64,000 nt of DNA from Eledone cirrhosa (lineage: Eukaryota), in NCBI GenBank assembly GCA_964016885.1, contig OZ024742.1, forward strand, positions 79,484,001 through 79,548,000, written 5' to 3'. Both the position numbers and the translations under genes were made by a program. This document shows, in pieces, positions 40,196 to 53,934 of the stretch. Below the pieces are notes generated by a model. That model worked only from the letters and a program-made list of their open reading frames with translations. It was not told the origin of the DNA and made no database searches. The stretch's first letter is position 1; every line of letters begins with the position of its first letter.

Positions 40196-41095
40196 ATGTC
40201 TGAATAACATCGTTTAAAACACGAAATTATGATGATAAAAAATATGACGCGTCGGAAATTCATATGGTATTAAAATCCATAGTAAAATATTAGGCGATAG
40301 GGAGCCAAACGGTTTCAAACATTGATAAAAACAAAATCGTTTAAGTAGTTCTTGCGTTTATAAATACATACCTTTGATAAATAGTGTTCTCGTCCCCACA
40401 CTATATCAAGACAAAGTTTTCTAATAGACTGGCCGTTGAAAATAACAACAACGCTATTCAACGTTATTAGTAATAGTGTGATACCGAATCATTACATTTA
40501 ACATTTGATCAGTTTTTACACGATACTGTAGACAAAATTTTCAATATTTAATTTACCAGTTATGCCTATTACTATCGATATTAATGAAGCTATCGGATCA
40601 AAGGGTGCGAGAAAAAATTTGGAAAACTTGAGAGGATGACGGTTTAAAGAAGTTACCGAACTGCTGATATAGAGTTTCAATAGTTAGATGGTTCACTAGA
40701 ATAGTCAATGATAGGTGCGGGTGGTGATGGGATAGCAATTTACCAAAACTTGTTGAGAGCAAATTCAGAAATATTATTTCATATGGAATTAATAATTTAT
40801 GAAATAAATATATACGTAAGTGACAGTTTGCCAAATTTATAAATAGTTCAGAATATAACAGGCAACATATTACTTTAATACTGAATGCCAATACTTATAT
40901 CTCATTTCAGTTTAACATTCCGTATTGACGTAACAAATAATGGTCTGGACATTTTCTATTAGAATCACCTTGTCACCGAAGACTGGTGTTTAAATTTGCT
41001 TGTGTCCTATTCCTCTTAAGAGCATCTTTTAATAATATATCATTTACAACCAATGTTGGCGAAAAAAAAAACATACGAAATCGATGCGTACTCAG

Positions 41096-41215
<120 letters not shown>

Positions 41216-41506
41216 GGAAGAGATGTAAGCGTAAAATGTGTATGTCTGTTTAAGGAGTTCAACTTGAGTTGAGATGTAATACCCTTTCATTTAATATTTT
41301 TGTCATTTAATGAATTCCAGTTGGATTTCATTTATTTACTTTCTATCATACTAAACGCTACGGGATGGTGTGTAGTTTCGGTGTTTTCATACAGGGAATT
41401 GTACGGCAAAGTATTACATGTTTTCTTTCGAATCGGTGTAAGGGATTTAGATCATGTGATATATATATATTTATGAACATAACAGTTTTATATATATATA
41501 TATATA

Positions 41507-41653
41507 TGACGCATAGAATTACGGCCCTTTCCATTCTGAGTTCAAATCCCGCCGAGGTCAACTTTGCTTTTCATCCTTACGGGGTCGATAAAATAAAGTA
41601 CCAGTAATGTACTGGGTTATTGCTGGCCTTGTGCCAAAAGTAGAAACAATTAT
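41507..41653 (+). mobile_element. SINE family 1, 5'-truncated
   Basis: B-box, core and 3' end match 18566-18757. Confidence 0.88.
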
Positions 41654-41667
41654 TAATATATATATAT

Positions 41668-42373
41668 AAAAAAAGAAAATGTTCGTCCTACATGGCTGAA
41701 TACAATAAATGTAATCTGAGTTTTTCGAATATTAATAATAACATTCGATTCGTTTGCAATTATGCAAACAACCGTCAATTTAATAGCCATGTCAGTAAGT
41801 AGAATGAACCCTTCATTCTTGCTCTTGTGTTGGCATGTGAACAGAACTGCAGACACTAATGTTTCTGGGTATCACCCTTCATCAGTACATCTCACTGTTC
41901 TCCCTGCCAAACTGTCAGAGGTAGTGAAAATATATGCTATTTTAAAAAATTCACAGTGACTGATTTTTTATTTGAATTTGGCAAAGCCGGCCATTTATTG
42001 CTCGTATACAGGAAACTGACAGGCCAGTTTGCTGATATGCAAATCTGGCTGATTAGTAGATCTGCTTATATGCAGATCTGACTGATCACCCAGTCTGCTA
42101 ATATGCAAATGAGGCCGATCAGTCACTGTGTATTTTTGAAAATAGCATATATTTTCAATAGCTCTGACAGTTTGGCATGTGAACAGTGACCTTACTGATA
42201 AAAGGTGATGATACCCAGAAACATTAGTGTCTGCAGTTCTGTTCACATGCCAACACAAGAGCAAGAATGAAGAGTTCATTCTACTGGCATGGCTATAACA
42301 TTGAGGCATGTTTGCATAATTGCAAACGAATCGAATTTTATTATTAATATTCGAAAAACTCAGATTACATTTA
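41668..42373 (+). mobile_element. Second family A insertion (inverted partial unit plus one direct unit)
   Basis: 41668-~41963 is inverted, with a minus-strand hammerhead at about 41845-41890; the direct unit has a decayed core CTGATAA at about 42196. (TA)n flanks. Confidence 0.88.
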
Positions 42374-42392
42374 ATATATATATATATTTATA

Positions 42393-42560
42393 AATGGAAA
42401 AAATGAAATTTCTCACTCTTAGTACGTACAGACGTACAGTAGTATGTATATACATACATACATGCACACATATATATATATGTACGTATGGGTTTACCGA
42501 ACATTTATTATAATGCTCGTTTTTTTTGTAAACAAACAGCCCGAATTATTAGCCGTACAG
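42393..42560 (-). mobile_element. Family B fragment
   Basis: Matches 8465-8690 (GAAATTTCTCACTCTTAGTACG..CCGAACATTTATTATAATGCTCG) with internal deletions. Confidence 0.8.
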
Positions 42561-43539
42561 TATTCAATAATAATCGTTGTCATTTCTATTCATATGTGCG
42601 TTTGTGTATCTGTGGCAGCCTGTTCATGAAATCATTTAAGTTATATAAATTCTCATACTATACTTGTTCTTTAGGTAGGCGCGGTCATTTGATGGTGCAT
42701 AGGCGGCTATTAGTGTATGCAACACTACCATGTGGGAGCCTTACATTAGTATATCAAGTGTTTCTGAAATTGTTTGTGTTTAACGAAGGTATTGGCAACA
42801 TTGTTTTAGGGTAAGTTTGATGAATTTGAATTATTGGTGATATTTAGAAAAGTGTTTATGTAGACATCTAAATAACGAATTTTATATTGGAGTTTATGCT
42901 GCAGTCATGAGTGATCTTTTACGATTTCATTTTTTTTCAAGGCAATAACTATATCATCATAATCATCATCATCAACATCATCACCGTTTTACGTCCATTT
43001 TTCCACGCTAGCACGGGTTAGACAATGGGTTAAACAATAGGCATATATTAAATTGAATCTCTTGCATCACATTCTAATAATACCTTATAGTAGAAAGCTG
43101 GTTTATTGAAAAGTTCTCGTTTGAAGACAATAAAAATATTCTTTTATAAATATGTTTAACTGGTTGTTTTTTCAAACTATTCTAGGGCAGCTAGATTATG
43201 TTTATATAGAATATTTTCCCCGCTGGATTTAATGTATAGACAAAATGTCTTAGATAAATATAGCTTCACGTTTAGAGAGTCCACTGTTTTTATTTTCTGT
43301 TCTACTGTGATATTAAATCATAATTGTTTGTAAAAAGTTAAAGATCTTTATTGAATCTATTTGTAGACCTAGGTTCATATTCCCTAATATTGCTATTTGG
43401 TTTGATCTTTCATTCAGGTTTCATGTGAAAAAGAACGTTGTTAAGTGGTTCTTAGATCTGAAAAAGAAGCATTTCACCAAAATGTATATATACTTGCGTA
43501 CGCACACACACACAGACACAGACACGCACACACACACAA

Positions 43540-43582
<43 letters not shown>

Positions 43583-45699
43583 TGTGTTTGTACGTGTGTG
43601 TGCTATAATGTGCTATCACACGTGAACAAAACATACAGACATACACACATGCATACATAATAATCCAAACTCTCACAAGTGTGACGTAAAATGGACTCGA
43701 TCCCCTCATACACAGACACCGGTACACACACATGCACTCACGTGATAGATTTCGAGAAGAAATTATAAAAGCTTAAACTCTTATGTGTATGCTCTTTGAA
43801 TATTTGTTGTGAAATAACGAATGAGAAAACAACGTAAAGTTAAAAGAAGAAATTATCTAAGACAACATCACACGGAATTCAATTTGATTGGCATATCCAA
43901 AAAAGAAATAGTTTTGATAATCTTGGACAGAAATAAAACGAAGAACTTTGTGTAATGCTTATAATCCAAAATAAGATATTTTAGTGTAGAATTTAAATTT
44001 CGCTTTCGTTTTCGTTTTTGTTTCCTTTTAGTTTATACCATTCAAATTCCGGAGAAATAAGTTAACATTAGCAGACGAGATATTGTAATGGCGGACGATC
44101 ACAAAGATGCTTAGTTATACTGTAAGCTAATTGTACTGTTCATGAGATCTTAATGTTATACAAATACAAAACAACGCAAAACAAAACAAAAAATGTATAT
44201 AAAGAAAAAGTAATGGGATAAAGCAAATGGAGAATATCGATTTATGCACAAAGTTTCAATTTAGAAACTGTGGAATCTAAGTCATTGATTATTGTTCACA
44301 ATTCAATATGGCATGAATTGGATGTTAGCGAAGCGTATATGAAGCACGTCCATTTTAAAGATAACAATCACTTTGCCCAGACTTGCCAACAGTGCATGAC
44401 GGCTGCTGGATTAAATGTTCATAATGAAAACTGATAAATATGGACGCATGCATTGTTGGTGGTTAAAACGTTCGCTTTAGTCATGAAGAAATTTAGTAAA
44501 TAGTATTTCACTAGTTGGCTACCAAATCTTCATTTGTGAAATTGGTGAGACGTAGACATAGAATGGATGATAATAGTATTTCGAATGTCCAGCCTAATTA
44601 CATAACATTACGCATATTAAATTAAAAATACATGTGCCTGTATACTATTCAAGCATTTAAATGTTAATATAACGCGTAGGACGTTGAATCGATATAACAA
44701 CTAAATGGTCATCGTTGAAACCGACGGAGGTCACATAATTTACACCAACTAAATTTCAGTGTCGATATAGTATTTGTGTACATTCGCTTGTATTCCTCAC
44801 TTTCACCTACTGAACCTCAGCTTTGAATCTAAAAGAATATATAAATCAGCAGGCACTATAATACTCTTACACTATATTTATCGAAAGCCACTACAAAGAA
44901 ATTATACTATGACCGTTGCATTTTGGTTCCCCAAAGACCATTGGATATTCAAATACTTCGATTTTTAGTGACAGACTGCTTATTATTTTCCTTGATCAAG
45001 ACTCTGACAGAGAAAATCTAAATTAGACGAGCATTCACCAATATAGATCTAAACTGATCTAAATTGGTAATCATCCAGCGTTATTACCTGGCAATGCAAT
45101 CAAAATGTAATTAGACGTAATACATACACAGTAAAAATGAAATTATGTCGTATTGTATTGATAAAAGGCTTTAGATTTGAAGGGGAAGGTTATTATTGGC
45201 TGAGCTGACACTAGTCTATGATACGTAGCTATATTACTGACTCTGGATGGATGAAAATTAATAATTGACCCAAGATAATCTTGTAATCATAACATAGATG
45301 TAGAAAACAAAGCGTTGTTTGAAATTTATTCCAAATCGTACAAGTATAGCTGTATAAGAATAATGGAGGTACAATCACGCATTCCTTCCACGTCAGGGCT
45401 GGAGTGGGAATCCCTGCAATAACTCCTGTTTCCGTAATAATACCTCGAAAGTCAATGCGTACAGGAGGCAGGAGAGAGAGCCGCAAAGGGTTCCTACGTC
45501 ATGCTGGTAGGTCGCCCTAATGATTTTTAAGTCTTTGGTTCCCTTCGCCCCACCACGAGTATCTGTGGCACTTTGAATGTGCTGTTGGCAAAGATCAGCC
45601 CCTGTCTCTCAATCTCTTTAGTTCATGCTATGGTGGTTATCTGTTGGCCCTTCTAACTAGCTCGAAGTTCCAAACTTTCGTCACCTTCTACTTCAATCA

Positions 45700-48000
45700 A
45701 CCTCCCCTTCCTGCATTCATCCCATTTCTCCCTCTTCATTCCCTACCTCCCATTCCTCTACCTACTCTCCATGCAGTCCTCGCTCTCCTTTTTGCTCCCT
45801 GCTCTACTGGATTACCTTTACTATTATAACCTTACTCTCCTTACTTACTCCCTTTGCTCTCCTTTTCCTCATACTCCTCCTGCTCTCTTTGCCATCCTTT
45901 TCTCCTTACCACCCCTGCTCACCTTGCTCTCTATTTCTCCTTATCCCCTGTTCACCTTGCTCTCGTTTTTTTCTCCTTACCCTCCTTGCTCTCCTTTTCT
46001 CTTTACTCTCCATTCTTTGCTCTCCTTTTCCCCGTTCCCTGCTCTCTTTGCTCTCATTTACCCCTTACCCTCCCTGCTGTGCTTTACCACTTACCCTCCC
46101 CGCTCTCTTTGCTCTCATTTATCCCTTACTCTCCTTTCTCTCTTTGTCCTCCCTTTCCTCTTACCCTCCTTTTTCTCTTTGCTCTCCTTTTCCCCTTACT
46201 TTCCTTGGTCTCCTTTTAGCCTTACTCTCCTTGCTATCCTTTTTCCCTTACTCTCCTTGCTCTCCTTTTCCCCTTATTCCCACGGATTTCTTTTTTATTT
46301 GCTTTGCCTTTTCTCTTACCCTCCCTGCTATTTTCCCCTTACTTTGCCTGTACTCCCAGCTCTCCTTTTCCTTAAGCTCTCCCTGCTATTCTTGCTCTCC
46401 TTTTCTCCTGACTCTCCCTGCTTTCCTTGCTCTCCTTTTCGCCTGCCTCTCCCTGCTCTCCTTGCTCTCCTTTTCCATTTACTCTCCCTGCTCTCCTTTT
46501 CCCTTACCCCCCTGCTCCCCTTTTCCATTTACTCTCTCTGCTCTCTTTGTTCTCTTTTCCCCCTTACCCTCCCTGATATGCTTGCCCTCCTTTTCTCCTG
46601 ACTCTCCCTGCTCTCCTTGCTCTCCTTTTCTCCTGACTCTCCATGTCCTCCTTGTACTCCTTTTTACCTTCTCTTCCTGTATTCTTGCTCTCCATATTTG
46701 GTGGGGTTCTCTTTGGGAACTCATTTAAAAGCATGCAGGCGGCTCTTAGGTCTCCCTTAATGATTTTTATATCTGTGGTTCCATTCGCTTCACCATGTGT
46801 AGTACTTTTTTGTGTGCTGTTGGCAATCAATCTCTTTACTTCGTGCTAACCAACCTCTCCATCCTGCATTCGTCCCCTTTCTCTCCCTTCCTCCCATTCC
46901 TCCCCTTACTCTCTATGCAGTTATTGCGCTCCTTTTTTCTCCCTGCTCACCTCAGTTTCCTTTACTCTTACAACCTTACACTCACTGCTCTCCTCGCTCT
47001 CCTTTTCACCTTACTCTCCTCGCTGTCTTTGCTCTTCTTTTCCCCTTACACTCCCTGCTCTCCTTGCTCTCCTTTCACTTTACCCTCCCTGCTCTCCTTG
47101 CTCACCTTTTTTCTCCTTGCACGCATCGCTCTCCTTCTCCTCGTTGTTCTCCATGTTCTCCTATTTCTCCTTCCTCTCACGTTTTTACCCTCAACCATTT
47201 TTCTTCCTCCTCCCTTCCTCCTTCCTCTCCTACCTCTCCTTCCTCTCCTTATCTCCTTCCTCTACTTTGTCTCCATGACCTCCCTTCCCTTTCTTAATCT
47301 CGTTCTCCTTGCTCTCCTTGCTCTCCTTGCTCATATTTTCCTCCCTGTTTTCCTTTATCTCATTGCACTATGAGATAATCGGCCCAGCTTTTTCTCCTTT
47401 CCTTCCCCCCACAACATTAATACTGCACTTCTTTCTCTTTTCTTATCTACCTCCCGTTCCTCCCTTCCTATCCTTCCTCAATTTCCCCACTCACCTCATT
47501 CTCCACACTGTTCATTTTCCCCTCTTTTCCTCCTTTACTTCTTTCCTCCTCTACCCTCTCTTTTCTTCTCTTGCCCCGACTTTAGCTCTATTTCTCTCTC
47601 TTTACGTTTTTACCCCCCCCCCCTCCCAATTATTCCACCCCTAATTCTCTTTCCTCATCTTCATCTCTTTCTGCACTCAGTTAACTCTGCCGATTCCCCC
47701 TCTCTTTCTCCCTCTTTCGTGTCTCTCCTCCTCTTTCTCCCTCTATCCTCATTACCTCACTCCATGGCCCTTTTTACCTCATCTTTTCTCTTCTTCTCAC
47801 TCTCGCTCCTTCTTTCCTACCCTTTCACATTTTATTCCCTTCCTCAGTCCCCCCACTTTGGCTCTCTTTTTCCATCGCATTTTCTACCTCTTACCCAATT
47901 GTCCCTCTTTTTATCTTTTCACCTCAGTTTACAACTCTTCCCCCCAATTTTTAATCCTCGGTCCCAAATTGCTCCCCTTGCTCATCGTCCTCCTCTCCTC
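45700..48000. repeat. Pyrimidine-rich degenerate minisatellite (CTCTCCTTG/CTCTCCTTTT units), partly duplicated
   Basis: Extreme C/T strand bias; lead-in sequence repeated at about 45580-45840 and 46813-46990. Confidence 0.85.
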
Positions 48001-49659
48001 TAAGAATCAACAGAACAAATGAAACCACAACATCAAAACAAACAAACCAAACCTATGAATTTATGAATTCTGTATACTATTAACTACTAAAACATTCTGT
48101 AATGAAATTTGAGTTTGGATTCGGAAAATGTATTAGTGAGTTAGTGAATGTGCGTGTGAGTGTGTATGTCTTTGTATGTATATGTGTCTGTGTGTGGAAG
48201 GGAGCGTGTGTGTGTGAGTGTTAGTGTGTATGTGCAAGTGTGTGGGAGAGAGCGAAAGATAGAGAGAGAAAGTGATAAAGAGTGGGAGAGAGACATAGAG
48301 AAAGAATGTGGGTGGTAGAACGGAGGTAGATAACGTGATTGGCAACGACATGATAGCAAATTTGGTTGGTACTGGAGTCTTGCCAAATCCAGTGTGTTTA
48401 GGGATATGTACTTTCATTCATGTATAAAACAACTTACATAATACCGTTCAACGAGGCATGTTCTATGTGGTTGCTCAACAGGCTAGAATTAAAAGTCCTC
48501 AAATCACATCCCGCTACTTTAAAAAGAGTAGGATAATAATTTGCTTCGAGGTCATAATAAGCTTGAACCACAAGGAAAAGTGGCTGCCATAATTGCCGAA
48601 ACAAAATAATATTAATCTTCGACTCATTTGTTTCGTCACCTGCTTCATACTTTTTTCTCGTTAACTTCTAAATATTTTCTTTATTAAATACGGTAAAATT
48701 AAGTTGATAATTGCTTCTGACCAGATAGAATCTATAGATCTATTTTTCGTTACTAAACAGTATAACATTTTCTAAATAGAGTTACACATTCCTTCATCAC
48801 TATTACAGAAAGCCGCATGCGATCCTTTACAAGCGCACTTGTGCCAGCATGTTTTACCTTCGCAATATAAAATAAAAAACATTGTTGTAATGTGTGCTAT
48901 TAGTTGTCATGTATGGCCCTCAGACAACACATATGTGACCCATGTCGCCCTCGGGGGACCCTCAGTTTGACATACTTGGCGTAGAGTGTACGCTTCACTG
49001 ATGAAGTTGCAATAATGCCGAAACGTATCGAGAATCATCCCTTGTAATTGCCTAAATAATTGAAATTATATCTTAATAGCTATTCTAATAATTATATCTT
49101 AATAGCTATTCAATGCACCAGCATTAAATAATTACTTAACTGTATAAAAGAATATATATTGAATACGTTTCAAAATAATTTCCACTTACAATTCAGAACA
49201 CTAGTACATCCCTTGCTTATTTAAATGATTGTATACGTGTAGAGAAATTTCTGGTTTGAGAAATGTTGAAATATTGAATGTTGAAATATTTTCATATAAT
49301 TGTAAGGTAAAAACATTTGTAGTCACTACTGTAATAAAATATTTAAAAAACCCATCACTTTATATAATGATGTTTCCGCAGGCAAGTGCATGTATGGAGC
49401 TATGCATTTGTTTTTGAACGTGTGTATAAAGGAGTGGAAGCTACCGTGGTCATGGTAGGGAAGAAGGTAAATAGGTATTAAATATAGAAACATGGGGTCT
49501 AGCAAATGTTAAGGGAATTAGCGAAGGGAAATGGTGAAACCCAGTACCCAGTTCAATAGACTACATATCAAAGTAATAAAGGATGGCAAATGAATGTAAT
49601 ATTAGGCGCATGTACACGCTGGTATAGAGGGGGCGTCAAAAGTTAAAAGTTAACTAAAG

Positions 49660-50370
49660 TATTTTAAGAATGTCCTTGATATTTTGTGTCGGCGTGTTCT
49701 ACATTTATGTGGGGTCTACCCTTTTTAAGTTCCACAGATTTCGTATTGCATATATCCCAACCACCTGCAAAAGATCTTTCCTACTCGTATGGGTGTGCAG
49801 TTTTAAGTGTGGCCAAATGCTATGAGTGTTGTATACTATTCTGTTTTAGTGGCCATATAATTTTGGATAGTTCCGTGCTCCCACGCTTGTCGATTCTATT
49901 GAATGAGTGGCGAAGGTTGTAAACCATGTCCCCAAATGTAGTCGCTGTTGATCTTATGTACCGATATGTTCTGTGGTAAACTAGCACTCATATACAATAT
50001 CTCTCCAGAGGCATAAGTTTAATATGTAACAATTTCCTGGTTTCTGCAGTTACAGTCCCGGTTGAGTCTATGGTTTTGTCGGAATTCTCCCTATTGTACG
50101 CAGCTAAACTCTCGGTCTGAGTATATAGTGTTGTGTCATTTAATATGTACCCCTAGGGCTGCAATCTTATTTGTAGGCGTAACAGGATGTGCACATACCT
50201 TTAGATGATATTTCCATTCTAATCTGCTACGGTTTATGCTCTGCGTTAGGTTTTCTTTTGTTATAGAGTATGATAAATTAACAGTATGTCTATTAAATAT
50301 TTTTTCTGTACTTAAGGGAATTGGGGAAACATCGTGTGTTTAAAAAACCCTGAGCAAGTTTGGTCTTAAG
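49660..50370 (-). mobile_element. Degenerate Neptune-type Penelope-like element: RT C-terminus/linker and GIY-YIG endonuclease
   Basis: Minus strand across frameshifts: KTKLAQGFL..CFP..KIFNRHTVNLSYS..DCNCRKPGNC..CLWRDIVYEC..RYIRSTATTFGDMVYNLRHSFNRIDKRGSTELSKIIWPLK. Confidence 0.8.
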
Positions 50371-50405
50371 CACGCACACACGTACACACTTAAGCATATA
50401 TATAT

Positions 50406-50470
50406 GCTGATGACCCGCATTAGGTGAAACATTTGCTCTCGGTGTGGTGAACTAACTGTTGTGGAACTAC

Positions 50471-50474
<4 letters not shown>
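50406..50474 (+). mobile_element. Inverted pseudo-LTR fragment with hammerhead-like core
   Basis: CTGATGA CCcgcattaGGt GAAAC; shares CTAACTGTTGTGGAACTA with 4706-4723; ends in (TA)n. Confidence 0.55.
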
Positions 50475-50520
<46 letters not shown>

Positions 50521-50522
<2 letters not shown>

Positions 50523-51380
50523 TAAATCATGTCTTTAGAATCATCAGATAAAATATATACTACTATTTCTTCTTCTAATTAACATAATTAACCATATAAA
50601 AAATCAATCAGATCAAGCTATAAGAATAAAGGCTGTTATGGAGAAATCTCCGACAAATAACCGAACGTAGCCTCTTCGCGGTGACCCCAATCGAGTATTT
50701 ATCCAACATTTCGACAGCATGTAGAAACTGACTAAATATATCAATTAGGTGTAAAATTAAACTTAGAAGAAATGCGTACATACCGTAATTATATCCCTAC
50801 CATGGTTTCTTCCTTATTTTTAGACACCCAAATAATAGGAATGTCCTGAGTTAGGATTCATCAGGAGACAAACTCAAAATCAGACATCTAGTTTTTCAAT
50901 CCGATCCCGCCAAAAATAGATTCAAAAATGGCTAAGAATCGCTATGTGGCTGTGGTCAAGCCAAAAAGAATGTGATTGGTTGCTTACGGCGGGAAGGCTT
51001 GCTGCTAGAATGCGCAGCCAAATATCGCCAAAGTTAATCTCAACCTATCGGGAGATTATTAAATATAAAGGTTAACATATACATAAAGTTATACATATAT
51101 ACATGTTGCAACTGGTCACTTTTAAGCTCTATGAAGAATTAATAAATTAAAAAACCAGAGCAATATATCATAAATCATGTCTTTAGAATCATCAGATAAA
51201 ATATATACTACTATTTCTTCTTCTAATTAGCATAATTAACCATATAAAAAATCAATTAGATCAAGCTATAAGAATAAAGGCTGTTATGGAGAAATAACCG
51301 AACGTAGCCTCTTCGCGGTGGCCCCAATCGAATATTTATCCAACATTTCGACAGCATGTAGAAACTGACTAAATATATCA
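50521..51380 (-). mobile_element. About 648-bp tandem unit (1.3 copies), hammerhead-containing, in (TA)n
   Basis: Direct repeats 50521-50742 and 51169-51380. Confidence 0.8.
50792..50870 (-). ncRNA. Type I hammerhead ribozyme with large stem II domain
   Basis: TGTCTC CTGATGA aTCCT...AGGAa GAAAC CATG GTA GGGATA; palindromic stem III ACCATGGT, GUA triplet. Confidence 0.7.
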
Positions 51381-51483
51381 TCAACCATATTTACAGTTCT
51401 GGTATCTCAAATTAGTTCCATAGAACAACCACTATTATATACACCATATATATTTCCGTGGGTACCTATTACCTACTGGGATA

Positions 51484-51571
<88 letters not shown>

Positions 51572-51897
51572 ATCTGTTTCTGTCTCTCTCTATATATATC
51601 TTGAAGTAATACATTGAAATTGTAATTGCACAGTGACATCACAAGTCGAATTATCTGAGGCAGCCCGTAGACAGTGAATGATGCGAGAAATGAAGTGGAC
51701 TCGTTACGATATTAGAGGGAAGTAGAATGAATACTAAAGGGAAAAGAAATGTTTTACACAGAACATTAACATATCTTATGCACCATCTGTTCTGCACTCG
51801 CAAGTTACAAATGAACTTAACATTAACTCCGTGTACAATTTGAACTGGCTGCATCGTCACAAACAGGAATATATGTCTGAATATACATACATACATG

Positions 51898-51946
<49 letters not shown>

Positions 51947-51951
<5 letters not shown>

Positions 51952-52143
51952 AACCAGTAAGACCTCGACGGCTGAGCTCAAGCCGTTTCGACGGCTAATT
52001 CTGGACAGTCCAGAATTAGCCGTCGAAACGGCTTGAGCTCAGCCGTCGGGGTCTTACTGGTTCCTATTACCCACTCTACTACCCTAAGTATTGAGTACTT
52101 TGGCGCGTTATGGTCCACCTGGTTCCTTACCACATTTCCTTCG

Positions 52144-52146
<3 letters not shown>
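51947..52146 (+). mobile_element. Palindromic PLE-type element (60-bp arms, 1-nt loop, about 79-nt tail)
   Basis: Inverted repeat 51947-52067 centred on 52007; contains the hammerhead 3' half GAAACGGCTtgagctcAGCCGTC. (TA)n flanks. Confidence 0.85.
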
Positions 52147-52184
<38 letters not shown>

Positions 52185-52199
52185 AATACATACATACAT

Positions 52200-52274
<75 letters not shown>

Positions 52275-52361
52275 CATACATACATGCATATATATATATA
52301 TATATAGTCTAAGGAACGGGGACCGTGAAGACTACAAGTCAGAGAAAATCTCAATACATGG

Positions 52362-52441
<80 letters not shown>

Positions 52442-53003
52442 AGTTGTGTAGGTATCGATGTATATCTATAAATGCAAATATTTACGTGTATGCCGTTCAG
52501 TATATATTTTTGTTTGTATTAGGTGGCTTTGAAACTATGGTTTTGTATTTATGTGAATATATATGTAAATGTGATTATGTGTGAGTGTGTTTATCTGTGT
52601 ATGTACCCACACCAGTGACCGAGAGAGACAGGAGAGTTGGGAAAGAACAAGCCATGCCTTTGTGTTTTACCTGAATGTGTATGTTTATGTGTTATTGGAA
52701 TATGTTTTAAAACATAAATTGCATTAACGACTGGTTTCACGAATGATTTATTAATAGAAAACACAACTAGAAACATAAAAATACAAATAAACAATACATC
52801 ATTGTGAGGCAAAACTGGTTATTTTTGAAATAACAACACAACATTTACAATCCACAAGAAATATGGTATGTTTGTCCACAAAACACAGACATGCTGGTAG
52901 CATATATTGCTGACTGCTACCTCTCTGTCTGTCTCCCCGTCTCTCTCTCACTATATATATATGCGTGTGTATATATGCGTGTGTATATATGTGTGTGTGT
53001 ATA

Positions 53004-53090
<87 letters not shown>

Positions 53091-53092
53091 AT

Positions 53093-53332
53093 AATTTGTT
53101 TAGCAAGATTCTTTATCTGAAAACGTGTGTTGAAACCGATATTGTTATACTTTGGGAGGGTCATGTTGCCAATAAGAAACACACGCACCAGTTGTTTCCC
53201 TTCAATTTATTATAATAAATTGAAGTGAAAGCAACTGGTGCGTGTGTTTCTTATTGGCAACATGACCCTCCCAAAGTATAACAATATCGGTTTCAACACA
53301 CGTTTTCAGATAAAGAATCTTGCTAAACGAAT
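53093..53332. repeat. Spacer-less 240-bp near-perfect palindrome between (TA)n arrays
   Basis: Axis at 53212/53213 (AATTTATTA|TAATAAATT), with few mismatches. Confidence 0.9.
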
Positions 53333-53341
53333 TCAGAAACG

Positions 53342-53385
<44 letters not shown>

Positions 53386-53386
<1 letters not shown>

Positions 53387-53776
53387 AATTAGTGCTCTGA
53401 AATAGCGATGTATATATGAATGTATATTTGGCAATACACTGTATGCTGAATTAAAAACATTTTGAAGAGCGTACGCTATTGTTTTAAAGTAGTGACTATG
53501 TCACTGACTTCTTATTTCAACAAACAAAGGGAGATAAGCTGACAGATCTCTCTTTCATACTGTTGATATTCGTCAGAGCCTAGAACTCCCCTAGTTTGTT
53601 GAAAATTATAAATGTTGGATTCTTATAGAATTCCAGTAATAATCAGGAACTGATTATACAGAGCGGTTGCCGGTCCAGCAAAAATTGAAAATTAGAATTG
53701 GTGCTCTGAAACAGCGATGTATATATGAATGTATATATAGTATATTTGGCAATACACTGTATGCTTAAATAAAAAC
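53386..53776. repeat. Local direct repeats (53386-53459/53695-53776; 53460-53637 recurs at 55330-55489)
   Basis: GAATT.GTGCTCTGAAA.AGCGATGTATATATGAATG occurs twice; TACGCTATTGTTTTAAAGTAGTGACTATGTCAC occurs twice. Confidence 0.8.
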
Positions 53777-53934
53777 ACTAGCAGAAAAACCATCCTCGGG
53801 TGGTTTTCCGCTAGCATGTGTAGTGTGTATATTTATATTATACGCAGGTATATATATATGTAGATATAATACATCAAATAAAATCGTAATTGACAATATA
53901 CACAGAAATTGAACGAAGACAGCGTTACACAATC

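Noticed and set aside
49066-49111. Short tandem duplication AATTATATCTTAATAGCTATTC (similar case at 29147-29180)
   Set aside because: Ordinary slippage duplication.
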